A program made the position numbers and the translations under genes. A DNA stretch of 64,000 bases, from contig OZ024765.1 of assembly GCA_964016885.1 (NCBI GenBank), positions 12,524,001-12,588,000 of the forward strand, in the 5' to 3' direction. This DNA is from Eledone cirrhosa (Eukaryota). Shown here in pieces: positions 13,250 through 26,837 of this stretch (position 1 is its first letter; each line of letters begins with the position of its first letter). A model generated the notes under the pieces. The model saw nothing but the letters and a program-made list of their open reading frames with translations. It was not told where the DNA came from and did no database searches.

Positions 13250-13987
13250 GTGTGACTGATCTCTCAGCTACAAATATCTCCAGCAATTCTTTCCTGGGAC
13301 ATTCTAACCACATGTCCATAGTATCGGAGCTGTGATCTCTCAATTTGGAGAAGCAGCAGCTCTACCTGGAGTGACTCTCATCTCTTAGCAACAAATATCT
13401 CCAGCAATTCTTTCCTGGGACATTCTAACCACATGTCCATAGTATCGGAGCTGTGATCTCTTAATTCGGAGAAGCAGCAGCTCTACCTGGAGTGACTGAT
13501 CTCTTAGCAACAAATATCTCCAGCAATTCTTTCCTGGGACATTCTAACCACATGTCTATAGTATCGGAGCTGTGATCTCTCAATTTAGAGAAGTAGCAGC
13601 TCTACCTGGAGTGACTGATCTCTTAGCAACAAATATCTCCAGCAATTCTTTCCTGAGACATTCTAACCACATGTCCATAGTATCGGAGCTGTGATCCCTC
13701 AATTTAGAGAAGTAGCAGCTCTACCTGGAGTGACTCTCTGATCTCTTAGCAACAAATATCTCCAGCAATTCTTTCCTGGGACATTCTAACCACATGTCCA
13801 TAGTATCGGAGCTGTGATCTCTCAATTTAGAGAAGTAGCAGCTCTACCTGGAGTGACTCTCTGATCTCTTAGCAACAAATATCTCCAGCAATTCTTTCCT
13901 GGGACATTCTAACCACATGTCCATAGTATCAGAACTGTGATCTCTCAATTTAGAGAAGTAGCAGCTCTACCTGAAGTGACTGATCTC
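13250..13987 (-). repeat. ~120-bp x6 tandem array derived from an RTE LINE coding fragment
   Basis: The unit translates on minus as SLQVELLLLQIERSQLRYYGHVVRMSQERIAG (RTE-type LRW/YxGHxxRM motif). A related single copy lies at 41460-41720. Confidence 0.8.
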
Positions 13988-14317
13988 CCAAATTATTCAT
14001 TAATTAAAATACTAATTATTTCAACAGCAATACAGTTATCAAAGGGTCAATGATTAGTATAGTTATAAAGCACACATGTCAGGTTCTCCACGATGTCACA
14101 CACATGTATTGAGAGCATGTATGTGTCCATACTGCCTTTCCTGTTGCATAATTGATTCAGTAGTGGTGGTGGTAGTAGTACTAGTAGTATTACTATCTAG
14201 CTAGTAGCATTGTATTACTATTACTACTACTATTGGATAAATAACAAAAGGAGCAGCCTGTCTATTCCAACAACAATGTATACACACAAACATATATATA
14301 TATACACACACACGTAC

Positions 14318-14351
<34 letters not shown>

Positions 14352-14415
14352 GTATATACACACACACGTACATAAACACACATACATGTACATAAGATAT
14401 ATATACACACACATT

Positions 14416-14467
<52 letters not shown>

Positions 14468-14764
14468 TGCCTATGTATATACATATATACTTATGTATAA
14501 AACACACACACGTGTGTGTGTAACCAGCTGGGTTTTTTTTCCATTTCAATTGTCCACCCACAGTCCACTGTATTGTTACATGTCACAACCAATAAACAAG
14601 TCAACTAACTACCAAGACACTAAAACTGATGAAATAACTGCAGAGATAGAAGGGGGAGGGATAGATGGTGATGGGGAGGTGGTGTTGGCTGTAGGTGGCG
14701 CTAGGTTAGAGGAGGATTAGAGGAACTGGTGTGAATAGGGTTTGGGGCAATGTCTTGTGTAACG

Positions 14765-14980
14765 AGGTCGATCGACTTTCGTCAAATCGGACCGCAGAAA
14801 CAATGTTTCCGTTAGTCTTTCCAATTGCTAAAACTATCTATCAGTTGCAACTCCAGGTAGAAGGAGCAACATGAAATAAAGTGTCTTGCTCAAGGACATA
14901 ATGCAACGGCTGGTCCAGGAAACGAACTCACAACCTCACAATTGCAAATCCAATTCTCTAACCACTCAGCCGTGTGCCTT
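14765..14980 (-). mobile_element. tRNA-derived SINE, third family (related copies ~19270-19478 and ~63635-63805)
   Basis: On minus, head ggcacacggctgagtggttagag...gagttcgtttcc (A/B boxes), then ccttgagcaagacact and a shared distinct body. Confidence 0.6.
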
Positions 14981-15047
14981 GTGTAACAAACATTGTCTAA
15001 ATTACGCAAAACACACTCGTACACAACCAGACACACAGCCCCTTATG

Positions 15048-15078
<31 letters not shown>

Positions 15079-15593
15079 CCATGTACCCGCTTACATGCAG
15101 ACACACACACAGGGCAATCTTGCCAATCCCACAACACATTCAAATTTCCAGATCCCGGGAAGGACAAAAGGCAAAGTTGACCTCAGTGTCAGTAAATTCG
15201 AGAAAGCAAGGGTTCTCCATAATCTTCCAACCCTAATTCTGGATGGATGAAGACAGGGCAAAGTTGACCTCAGGCAAGGTTAGAAGAGGAAGAGAGGAAC
15301 TAGTGGAAGTGGGGACAATACACCACTCATGAATGGATGAAAGGCAAAGTTGACCTCGGTGTTAGTAAATCCCATAAGGCAAAGATACTCAATACACTTT
15401 CCCCCTGGATGGACGAAGGGCAAAGCTGACTTCAGCATCAGTAAACAAAGATGGTACCAATTCTAACAATCCATGGCACTTTCCAATTTCCAAATCCCAA
15501 GAAGGATGAAAAGAAAGTTGACCCTTGGTGTTAGTAAAGTTAGTGTGACAAGAGCGCTCATGGGAGGGAGAGGGAGGTATGTGGATAAACTAG

Positions 15594-15641
15594 GAGAGAG
15601 AGAGCGTGAGAGAGAGAGAGAGAGCGTGAGAGAGAGAGAGC

Positions 15642-15695
<54 letters not shown>

Positions 15696-15703
15696 GAGAG
15701 AAA

Positions 15704-15746
<43 letters not shown>

Positions 15747-16530
15747 CGCGTGAGAGAGAGAGCGTGTTTGTGTGTGTTTATTCAACATCTACAACCCGTA
15801 ATTGGACACCACCATACACCAAACAGCCACTTATTGCAACACACCGTCAGTACCATAACACCATCCTACAGGCCACTACCACACCACCCACTACCAGCAA
15901 CATTACAACCTGACCATCTACACACCAAACCATCGTTACTGCAACCACATCACCACCACCGCTGCCGCCACCACCACCACACCATTATTACCACTACCGC
16001 CATACTGTCACTACCACCACAATACTACCAGTACACCATTACCACCGCTACCACACCACTACCTCTGTACCATCACTACCGCTACCACACCACTACCTCT
16101 GTACCATCACTACCACCACACCCCTACCGCTACCACACCACCAGTTTGCTACTGTATATGCAATAAGAACAAAACACTTAACTCCTATGACAGTCAATGA
16201 TATTTCTAGAACAGGTGTGTTTGGTCAAACAACATCAACACTATTCCAACTACACACTGTGTGTGTGTGTGTGTGTGGTGTGTGTGGTGTGTGTGGTGTG
16301 TGTGGTGTGTGTGGTGTGTGTGTGTGTGTGTGGTGTGTGTGTGTGTGTGGTGTGTGGTGTGTGTGGTGTGTGGTGTGTGTGGTGTGTGTGGTGTGTGGTG
16401 TGTGTGGTGTGTGTGGTGTGTGTGTGGTGTGTGTGTGTGAGTGTGAGTGTGTGGTGTGTGGTGTGTGGTGTGTGTCTGCATATATTTATATACATACATA
16501 CATACATACATACATACATACATACACATC
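15594..16530. repeat. Cluster of microsatellites: (GA)n, (CAC/TAC)n, (GT/GGT)n, (TACA)n
   Basis: Direct reading. Confidence 0.9.
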
Positions 16531-17029
16531 ATTTACTGGTATTTTAATATATATATATATATACTCATATGTATGTGTGTGGTTTAAAATAGCTCTAAGT
16601 GATGTATCTATATCTATATATATATATGAGTGTGTATACACTGTGCGTGTGTGTGTGGGGGGGGGGGGGCTCAACCCAGGTAAGTGAAAGTGTCAACAGT
16701 GATAGCTAATGTCATGTATTTTAGTTTCACCACGACCACCACCACCAAAGGAGGAAGGGGATATATATATATATATATATATGGCTGATGTGCTTGAACT
16801 GGCAACCTTCACCCAACCCACTTGCTTCAACCAGCAGTTGAAATCTCCAACAATGGTTGAAGGCTATATTCATAAGCACATTAAAATCTATAGGAAAAAC
16901 ATATTTTCATCTAAAACAAAAAAAAAAAAACCTGCAATAATATTACCCCCCCCCCCCTTCTCCTCTCCCAGAATTTCTAGAGTGCATCCCCTATACCACA
17001 CCCCACAAAGGTTAAGAAAATTACATATT

Positions 17030-17411
17030 TCCAACAACAAGCCTGAGCACCTTTTTGAATTCCATGTGTCTTACACCCGTGGACATGCTTTCAAAATCAG
17101 AAAACAGTATAGCTCCCATAACTTTTGGAAACATTTTTTCATGCCCAGAGTTGCTGAAGCATGGAATAAGCTACCTGCATCCTTCAAAACTTCCAACATT
17201 CCTGAAATTCGCCAACACTACACCTGATATTCCCCCTACACACACACACACGCGCGCGTGCGCGCATATGTGTGTGTGTGTGTGTCTGTACATCATGTCT
17301 CATACACTTCACTTTCCTGACATTTGCACATTATTCTATGCACTCAACATCACCTTTGATGAGTTGTAGTACACCTGAGCACTGTACACAATATTTTTCA
17401 TTATTATTATT
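17030..17411 (+). mobile_element. CR1-like LINE 3' end fragment
   Basis: TRGHAFKIRKQYSSHNFWKHFFMPRVAEAWNKLP matches the CR1 ORF2 C-terminal motif (TRGH..K...FFS.RV...WN.LP). Ends in an (ATT)n tail. Confidence 0.8.
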
Positions 17412-17945
17412 AGACTTGTCTCTCAATGCGGACGACCTGCCCATGCAAGCATAGAAAAATGGACGCTAAACAGTGATGATGATGATGAAGAAGAATTTAG
17501 GGAAGGGTGTTTACTAAAATTATAATTTTATCAAGATGGTATTTATAACAAAATGTTTTTTTTTTTATATAAAATTATATTGGAAAGTTTTAATTTAAGT
17601 AGAAACCCTTTAAAAATAGTGGTTTTGTTTCAAAGAAACAGAAGCAGTTTTGGGCAGGTTGATTTTACAAGGGTTAAATATTTCCAACACCATAGAAAGG
17701 CTAACCAAAACCATATACTTGTGATTTTAATTATGTATATGATAACTAGGCTATTATTTTACAGATAACAATCAACTGGGCTGGTTTGGATTGCTACATG
17801 AATATCTATGCCAACAATTGTGTGCTTACTAGAAAGTAATGCTGATAATGTTGCCAGTGTACTACAGAGAGAGGGGGGGGGGTCAGTGGTAGAGAGAGAG
17901 GCGGTGGTAGAGACAGAGATAGAACGTACATATATATAAACTTAC

Positions 17946-18029
17946 CTGGTCAAAAAGCTGTTTGCCTGTGGTGCTTGGCTGGATGGCAAATTCCAGCTCC
18001 GCATCCATCGTCTGGACGCGTACATTTAC
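17946..18029 (-). CDS. Moe: ERM gene coding exon, FERM F1 lobe ([28 protein letters not shown])
   Basis: 84-nt exon bounded by ttgtcttcag| and |gtaagt. The peptide is near-identical to ERM residues 5-32 (GKQLFDQV is ERM-type, whereas merlin has GKDLFDLV). Confidence 0.96.
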
Positions 18030-18554
18030 CTGAAGACAAAGACAAGAAAACATAAAAGTTTGAAAATTTGGGAATCCCAAATGCTGAAAATAACTAACAG
18101 GCAATCGCTATTAATAACAGTTTACAAATTCAGTTATATCTTTATAGATGGAAAAAGACAAAGTAAGAATACATATAAATATAAAAATTTGTAAATTAAG
18201 GAATCCCAAAAAAGGCAACATATATATACATTATATATATACACACATACAATCAAAACATTAAATATGATAGAATTTTATTTCTCAATAAGCCATCTCA
18301 ATAGACATTATCCAGAGCTATAATAAATCAAATGAAAAAGATATATGTATATATCTATAGAGAGAGAGAGAGAGCGAGAGCGAGAGCGAGAGAGCGAGAG
18401 AGCGAGAGAGAAAAAGATGTGTGTTGAAAATAAGACCAAATACTGTTAATTCATATTTGAAAATGACTTTCTATATATTCCTTCCATATACTGTACCGAT
18501 TGTGTTATTTCTGTTTACCTTTTACATATATCTAGGGTGGGTAAAATTCCCAAG

Positions 18555-18698
18555 ATCCATGGACAAGTTCTCTCCAGCAGTCTGTCCCTCATCATCGCTG
18601 CCATGCCCTGCATCTCCAAGAGACCCGTGTCTGTCCTTAGGGCACCGACAGCCTCGGTCTCCCTCTTCTAGCGTGTTCATGTAGGGGTTCCCACAGGC
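18555..18698 (-). mobile_element. RTE-like LINE C-terminal relic
   Basis: Frameshifted translation on minus: LWEPLHEHARRGRPR..ALRTDTGLLEMQGMAAMMRDR. Confidence 0.6.
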
Positions 18699-19606
18699 AC
18701 ACGGCTAGCAATTTCGGCAGAGGAGAGAAAAGTCAATTAAATCAATCCCAGTTCGTTACTGGTACTTTATTTTATCGACCCCCGTAAAGATGAAAGGCAA
18801 AGCTAGCCTCGGTGGGATTTGAACTCGGAATGTAAAAGGCAATAAAGCTCTGCCGTGAAGCATGGTGTCCGATACTCTCTCGAATGTCAACAAACGGAAG
18901 ATTAGAAACCATTTGAGTTTAACACTTTAGCTTTTACATTACTCTATATATATATATATATATACTATTATATTTTCACAGTTGAAGTTTACCTCACATA
19001 ATATCGAATCTATGAGATTTTGATATTTATTTTGAGAACAATACCTTAACATTAGTATGAGTAGCCATTTACAGCTGGTTTGAACTGAAAGAGGTGAGAG
19101 AATTCTGGCCAGATATGACTGGTTTGAATGCTAAAGGGTTAAGTTACAGAATAACAGAAATAAACTCTGCAGAGCATTTCATTTCAGTGTTCTACCAATT
19201 CTGATAATCAGACTTAAAACAGAAATAAAAAATTATGAAAAGAATCAATATAAAAATATTGATAGTTTATTGACTTTCGTCAAATCAGACCGCAGAAACA
19301 ATATTTCCATTCGTCTTTCCAATTGCTAATACTCTCTATCGGTCACAACTCCAAGTAGAAGGAACAAAGTGAAATAAAGTGTCTTGCCCAAGAACATAAC
19401 TTATCGCCTGGTCTGGGAATCGAACTCACAACCTCACAATTATGAATCCAATTCTTTAACCACTCAGCCATGTGCCTATATAAAAATATATATAAATAAA
19501 AATTATAGAAACAAGATAAAAATTATTATCTTATACATAGGAATACAATATTCCATTTTTATGATATATAATTAAAGTAAGTTTTCGAAGTTTCATATAT
19601 ATACTT

Positions 19607-20325
19607 CTGTGTAAGTAGCAACTATAGTGTGTGAATGTCTGTAAGTAGCAACTATAGTGTGTGAATGTCTGTAAGTAGCAACTCTAGTGTGTGAATGTAA
19701 GTAGCAACTATAGTGTGTGAATGTAAGTAGCAACTATAGTGTGTGAATGTAAGTAGCAACTATAGTGTGTGAATGTAAGTAGCAACTATAGTGTGTGAAT
19801 GTAAGTAGCAACTATAGTGTGTGAATGTAAGTAGCAACTATAGTGTGTGAATGTAAGTAGCAACTATAGTGTGTGAATGTAAGTAGCAACTATAGTGTGT
19901 GAATGTAAGTAGCAACTATAGTGTGTGAATGTCTGCAAGTAGCAACTATAGTGTGTGAATGTCTGCAAGTAGCAACTATAGTGTGTGAATGTCTGCAAGT
20001 AGCAACTATAGTGTGTGAATGTCTGCAAGTAGCAACTATAGTGTGTGAATGTCTGCAAGTAGCAACTATAGTGTGTGAATGTCTGCAAGTAGCAACTATA
20101 GTGTGTGAATGTCTGCAAGTAGCAACTATAGTGTGTGAATGTCTGCAAGTAGCAACTATAGTGTGTGAATGTCTGCAAGTAGCAACTATAGTGTGTGAAT
20201 GTCTGCAAGTAGCAACTATAGTGTGTGAATGTAAGTAGCAACTATAGTGTGTGAATGTAAGTAGCAACTATAGTGTGTGAATGTAAGTAGCAACTATAGT
20301 GTGTGAATGTAAGTAGCAACTATAG
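19607..20325. repeat. 26/30-bp minisatellite gtaagtagcaactatagtgtgtgaat(gtct)
   Basis: About 25 near-identical units arranged in blocks of 26-bp and 30-bp variants. Confidence 0.95.
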
Positions 20326-20968
20326 TGTGTGTGTGTGTGTGTGTGTATGTGTGCGTGCGTGTGTGTATAGCAACTATATTCCTGTGTAAGTAGCAACTTT
20401 TTCTACGAAAATATGTAAAAACCAACAGATAAATCTACTGGACATAGGAAACCTAATATGTAACTTTACTATATAAAAAACCTGTTATGTGAGTCATGTA
20501 CTGAGCAAAGAATGTATGTAAAATGTTGACTAGACTTGACTTACTGGACCTATAAAACCTTACAAATCAAGTTTTGAGCCAGCAAGGTGGTGGTGGGCTT
20601 ATCTACTGGACCTACAAAACCTTATATGTGAATCAAATACTGGGCAAAGAATCTAAGCAAAATGAGGGTGCGACTTATCTACTGAACCTATAAAACCTCA
20701 TATGTGAAAACACTGAGCCAAAAATCACCATCATCACCGTTTTAATGTCCATTTTTCTACGCTAGCATGGATTAAATGAGTTGTCTCATTTGAGACAAGT
20801 CAGATCAGGTGACCATGTCTTGCTGATACAGAACTGTTTCTGGTTTGGTTTCCATGGCTGGATACCCTTCCTAATGCCAACCATATTTACTGTGTGGAGA
20901 ATGTTGTATGTAAAATGGGAGTGTGACTTAATTGGACCTACAAAACCTTATCAAGTACTGAGCTAGAA

Positions 20969-21126
20969 CAGTGGCTCCTAAAGTGGGTTTCGCAATGGAC
21001 TGCCTGGGATTCCGTAAAAAAAGACAGTCGTATATTTATATTACAACCATATAACAGTATTAAACTTTGGGGATCCCCCAAAAGTTTCTGAACCAAAAAA
21101 GGTTTAAAACAGTTTCGGAAACCCTG
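20969..21126. mobile_element. hAT (Charlie/MER5-like) MITE with 8-bp TSD
   Basis: AGCTAGAA at 20961-20968 and 21127-21134. Imperfect TIRs CAGTGGCTCCTAAAGTG / CAGTTTCGGAAACCCTG. Confidence 0.75.
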
Positions 21127-21608
21127 AGCTAGAATGGTGAATGTAAAATAAGGTGTGACTTATCCACAGGGCCTACAAAACTTCATATGCGATTCAATTA
21201 CAGATCAAAGAATGTATGTAAAGTGGGAGTGCAACTTATCTACTGGGCCTAAAATACCTTATATGTGATTCAAGTGCTGAGCCAAGAATCTTGTATGTAA
21301 AATGGGAGTGTGCTGGATGTAAAATGAGGGTGAGGGCTTATCACTGGATAAAAAAAAACCTGATTTGTAAGTCAAGTACTAAGAGGAGAAAATTGCCTGT
21401 AAACTAAGCATGTGACTTATCTAGTGGACCTACGAAACATTATCATTGAGTCAAGTGCTGAGCTGGAATATTGAATGTAAAATGGGTTGGCGGATAACTA
21501 ATCAACTGGACCTACAAAATCTGATTATATGTTAGTCAAATACTGAGCAGAGAATGCTGTATATAAAATGAGTGGGGGCATGCAACTTTACCATATATAT
21601 ACAGAAGA

Positions 21609-21984
21609 TTAACGCTTTAGCATTTAAACCGGCCATATCTGGCCGGAATTCTCTCACCTCTTTCTGTTCAAACCAGCTGTCACTGGCCACACATACTGAC
21701 ATTAAAGTATTGTTCTCGAAATGAATAACAAAAATCTTGTAGATTCAATATTATATACAGAGTAATGTAAATACTAATGGGTTAACCCTTTAGCATTCAC
21801 ATTACTCTATATATACTATTATATTTTTTATGGTAAATGCTTTATCTCACATAATATCGAATCTATGAGATTTTGAAAGTATTTATTTTGAGAAAAATAC
21901 CTTATCAGTTTGAGTGACCAGTTCCAGCCAGTTTCAACAGAAAAAGGTAGAGAATTCTGGCTGGTTTGAACATTAAAGGGTTAA
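21609..21984. mobile_element. Two TTAA MITE copies in inverted orientation sharing one TTAA (21782-21785)
   Basis: ...agagtaatgtaaatactaatggg TTAA ccctttagcattcacattactct... Confidence 0.8.
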
Positions 21985-22782
21985 AGTAATTCATAGATGT
22001 TTTCTAAGGTAGCTCACAGCAATTTTCCCAGGGCACTGTAACTGGCTACTCAATGTTAAGGTATTGTTCTCAAAAATAAAATCTCATAGATTCAATATTA
22101 TTGGAGATAAAAGCCTTTACCAAAAAAATACAATAGCATATATAGAATAATTGTTTCTACTTTTGGCACAAGGCCAGCAATTACACAGTGCATTACTGGT
22201 ACTTTATTTTATCGACCCCGTAAGGATGAAAGGCAAAGTTAACCTCGGCGGGATTTGAACTCAGAATGGCAAGGACCGTAACTATCCGTCAAAACATGGC
22301 GTCCGACCCTCTTCCGATACTGCAAATCCACCATACTTAAGGGTTAAAGTAATTCATAGATCTTTTTCTGAGGTAGCCTACAGCAATTTTCCCAGGGCAC
22401 TATAAGCTCTAGCTGGATTAGCCAACAGTCGCTCTTTTTCAACCTCTCAAAACGAATGCATAATATATTCAAATCAAACGTGTCCTCTATACATAGAAGG
22501 GTTGGCTGAAAAGTTCATAGCCTGGTCATTTATAACAAAGGTTTTGGATTAAAAACTATAGCAATACTTACATTAAATTTATCTGAATTTTTTTTTTTAT
22601 ATATATACAGCTGTGTTGTGCATAAATATTTATTATGGTCCAGCTTTGTTTTTACAGCTGCCCAGCTCAGTCAGTACTACACCATGATCTGTGTAGAATT
22701 CCATAGCAGTCCATATTTCAGAGACTGAATAAACATGTTAGAACATATTCTACCAGATACACAATACACAGGATTAATAATA

Positions 22783-22815
<33 letters not shown>

Positions 22816-25800
22816 TAAATACACACATATATGCATAAATATATGCACACATAAATGCCACCTGGAGTGGGAGGAAAACATTGAGAGCAAATATTTAGAA
22901 CAAAATTCTTTGCATGAGGTGACCCAGATATAATGTGTCTCCCTGTCATATGACATTCTAGTTCATCACATCACAACCAACCTGTGTGGTGTGTATGTAT
23001 GTATGTGCTGATTAACTGGCTAGAAATAGTTACCAAATCTATCTCAAATCACACCCCTTTTAACCCTTTCAAAATGGAACCCGCTTCAAACAGTACCAGA
23101 TACTATGATAACATTGCTCACTTGTATAGCGTTCATAGTTATACTTAAACAGTCGAGGGCAACCTGGGGCCTGCGAAGCTTTCTGAATGGCTCACCTAAG
23201 TCACTTAAGTGAAATGTTTCTGATTTTTTTACCAACTTTTCAGTCATAATTTATCTTTCTATCATTTTTACGATCGAAGAAAACAACGAGTACAAATTCT
23301 GAAGAAACAAATCAAAACAACCCGAGTTACCACCCTTTTTTTAAAAAGTGGGCACGAATGTAAATTAGCGCTTGCGGCCGGCCCGCCTGATGATGATGAG
23401 CCATATCTCATGCGGCTCGCTTCTCGAAAAAAGTTACTCATGCCTGTACTAAAACCTTCCATCTTAATTCTTGATCTTCTTCGCCCACTTATTGCTGTTA
23501 GGGTTAGGGGCTAGAGTCCCCAGACACCCTTTCATGACCATATTTCTAATGAAAAACACTGCCTATGATTTTTCAAATAATTTTGAAAATACTAAAGAAT
23601 AATCTAGTCATAATTCTTGATACTGTTTAAATTTATTTCAAAGACATAGGCAGTGTTTTTCAAGAGAAATATTTTTTTCAAATCAGTTCAAATATACAAA
23701 AACATTTTTAAAACCACATTTAAAAACACACAACACCGACATACAATAAAAAGGCAGTTTACACAATGAAGCGACCACAATATCTAATACAAGATGCTTT
23801 TTGGTCTGCAGGCAATGAATGACAACAATAACAATGGGTTTTAACCCTTTAGCATTTAAACCAGTTGTATCCGGCCGGAATTCTCTCAACTCTTTCTATT
23901 GAAACAGGCCGTAACTGGCCACTCATACTGATGTTAAGGTATTGTTCTCAAAATAAATAACATTAAAATTTCATAGATTTCATATGTGAGATAAAGCCTT
24001 TACAATACAATATATATAGAGTAATGTAATTTGGTATGGGGTAAGTCTATTAAACTGACTCCAGGAGATATTTAACCCTTTAGTATTTACATTACTCTAT
24101 ATTTACCATTGTATTTTCACAGTAAAGGCTTTGATGGTATTTAATTTGAGAACAATACCATAACATCAGTATGAGTGGCTGGTTACAACTGGTTTGAAAA
24201 GAATGAAGTGAGAGAACTCTGACTGAATATGGCCAGTTTAAACGCTAAAGGGTTAAACTGACTCCGGGAAATATTTAAAGGCCTAAGTTGACTGTAGTTA
24301 GATTTAAAATCAGAAGAAATACTGCAGGACATTGTCCAACATTAACGACTCCGCCAATTATAATAATGGTTTTTAATTTAGGCAATACGCAATTAATTCC
24401 TGGGAGAGAGGAAAGTTGATTATATCTGGCACTTTATTTTAACGATCCCGAAAGGATGAAAAGCAAAACTGACCGTGGCAGGATTTGAATTGGATGGAGG
24501 ACATCAATTAAATTGACTCCAGTGCATTACTGGTACTTTTATTTTATCAACCCCGTAATAATAATAATAATGATTTCTAGTATAGGCACAAGGCCAGTAA
24601 TTTGGGGGGAGAGGGAAAAGTCAATTAGATTGACTCCAGTACGTTACTGGTGCCTTATTTTATCGTCCCTGTAAGGATGAAAGGTAAAGCTGACCTCAGC
24701 CGGATTTTAACTCAGAACGTAAAGGGCCACAACTATGCTGCAAAGCATGGTGTCTGACACTAATTCTGCCAATCGACTGCCCTAATAATAATAATAATAA
24801 TAATAATAATAGTTTATTTTTGGCACAAGGCCAACAATTACCCCAGTGTATTACTGGTACTTCATTTTATCAACCCCATAAGGATGAAAGGCAAAGTTAA
24901 TAATAGTAATAGCAACAATTAACACAACTTATACAACAAAGAACATATCTGGCAATGATGGTAAGGTAGGATAGGAAGCAAGAAACTAAAACGATGGGAT
25001 GGGTACATCAAATTTTTATCTTTTATTACAAAAATCACTAATTTCTTTGTGCTGTGTATGTGGAGGGGTTTTGTGGGGGATTTTTTTTTTTTTTGCAGAA
25101 GGTTGCTCAGTGTGTGCAATATGTCCTGACCTTAGATTGATTTTTGAAGAGATCCCAGGGAACTGCTTGAGACATAAAGTCATCAAGAGCATCTAAAATC
25201 TGTTTCGGAAAAAAAATTTTTTTTTTTTTTTCCAAATAAAGAAAAAAATGTTTAATGTTTAATTGTTTTAAAAAAAAAAAAATTATATATATATGTACAC
25301 ACACACACACACACACTATATAATATCAGAACAAAAAAAAAAAAAAAAAACAATGATATAAAAAGACTTTTTTAAATGTTGGAAACTTGAGAATGTTTTG
25401 GTTTATGAGAATGGACATAATATAAGTATGTCCAACCAACGCAAGCAATCAAAAGTATATAAAGTATATATTGTAAAATGTTAAATGATACACACAATAG
25501 AGAGAGAATGCTAATTTATATACACGAACCGAGGTCAAGGTCGTTGGAGGGGGAGATAAAGAGGGGTGGGTGGTTAGAGGAAGTGGTTGCCCACCTGCAA
25601 AGGATAAGTGGCAATAATGTTTCATTTAAGGAGATTGTTGGAGAGATGGGGCGACTGGACAGGAGATAGGAGATAGGGGGGGGGGGGGGGGGGGTCTGCC
25701 CAGCTGGAATGCAGGGAGGATCATGTGTTGTAACAGTATACAAGTTGAAGAGTATTAATATACAAATTTGTTAGTATATAAATATACTAGTATATATAGG

Positions 25801-25856
25801 CTGTGAAATGGCCGAGTTGTTAGAATTTCGGATAGTTTCTACTATAATTCTACAAA

Positions 25857-26775
25857 CTAGCTGGGACCCGTGAAAAATTTCACGGATAATCCCTCTCTAT
25901 ATATATTAAAACCCCCTCCTCTCTCTCTATATATATATTTAAACCCCCTCCTCTCTCTCTATATATATATTTAAACCCCCTCCTCTCTCTCTATATATAT
26001 ATTTAAACCCCCTCCTCTCTCTATATATATAGATATTTAACCCCCTCTCTCTCTCTATATATATAGATATTTAACCCCCTCTCTCTCTCTATATATATAT
26101 AGATATTTAACCCCCTCTCTCTCTCTATATATATATAGATATTTAAACCCCTCTCTCTCTATATATATATATTTAAACCCCTCTCTCTCTCTATATATAT
26201 ATTTAAACCCCTCTCTCTCTCTATATATATATTTAAACCCCTCTCTCTCTATATATATTATAACCCCCTCTCTATATATATTATAACCCCCTCTCTATAT
26301 TATAACCCCCTCTCTATATTATAACCCCCTCTCTATATTATAACCCCCTCTCTATATTATAACCCCCTCTCTATATTATAACCCCCTCTCTATATATTAT
26401 AACCCCCTCTCTATATATTATAACCCCCTCTCTATATATTATAACCCCCTCTCTATATATTATAACCCCTCTCTCTATATATTATAACCCCTCTCTCTAT
26501 ATATTATAACCCCTCTCTCTCTATATATATATATAATAACCCATCCCTTTCTCTATATTATAACCCTCTCCTCGCTCTCCTTTCCAAACGTTGCAACGCT
26601 CTTTGATTTTCTTTGGCCGTAGATTGTCGTAGATTGTTTACCACCCCACTTCCATCGTTTTACTGAAAGCGCGACACACACGGTCGGACGTACGTACGGT
26701 ACGTAGGTATTACTCTTTTACCTGTTCCAGCCATCCGGGTGAGGCTATGCTGGAGCATAGCGTATTAATATATAA
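25857..26775 (-). mobile_element. Non-autonomous Helitron-like element with an internal satellite
   Basis: The minus-strand 3' end is CTAG|T, preceded by the hairpin CCGTGAAA..TTTCACGG (25868-25885). Internal TTAACCCC(CT)n(AT)n array at 25891-26570. The other end is approximate (tattaatatata). Confidence 0.65.
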
Positions 26776-26837
26776 ATTTTCACAAAAATTTATCCACTAG
26801 TAAAAAATACCGTAAGCATTTGAATTAACAAACCACA

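Noticed and set aside
2569-18029. Merlin/NF2 identity for the FERM exons
   Set aside because: The residues [16 protein letters not shown] and the MPKP start are ERM-type.
19607-20325. Regular 26-30 bp repeats resembling a CRISPR array (also the 44-, 48- and 49-bp arrays)
   Set aside because: Head-to-tail units without unique spacers, no cas genes, eukaryotic intron.
23497-23510. TTAGGG telomeric motif
   Set aside because: Only two units, which is chance level.
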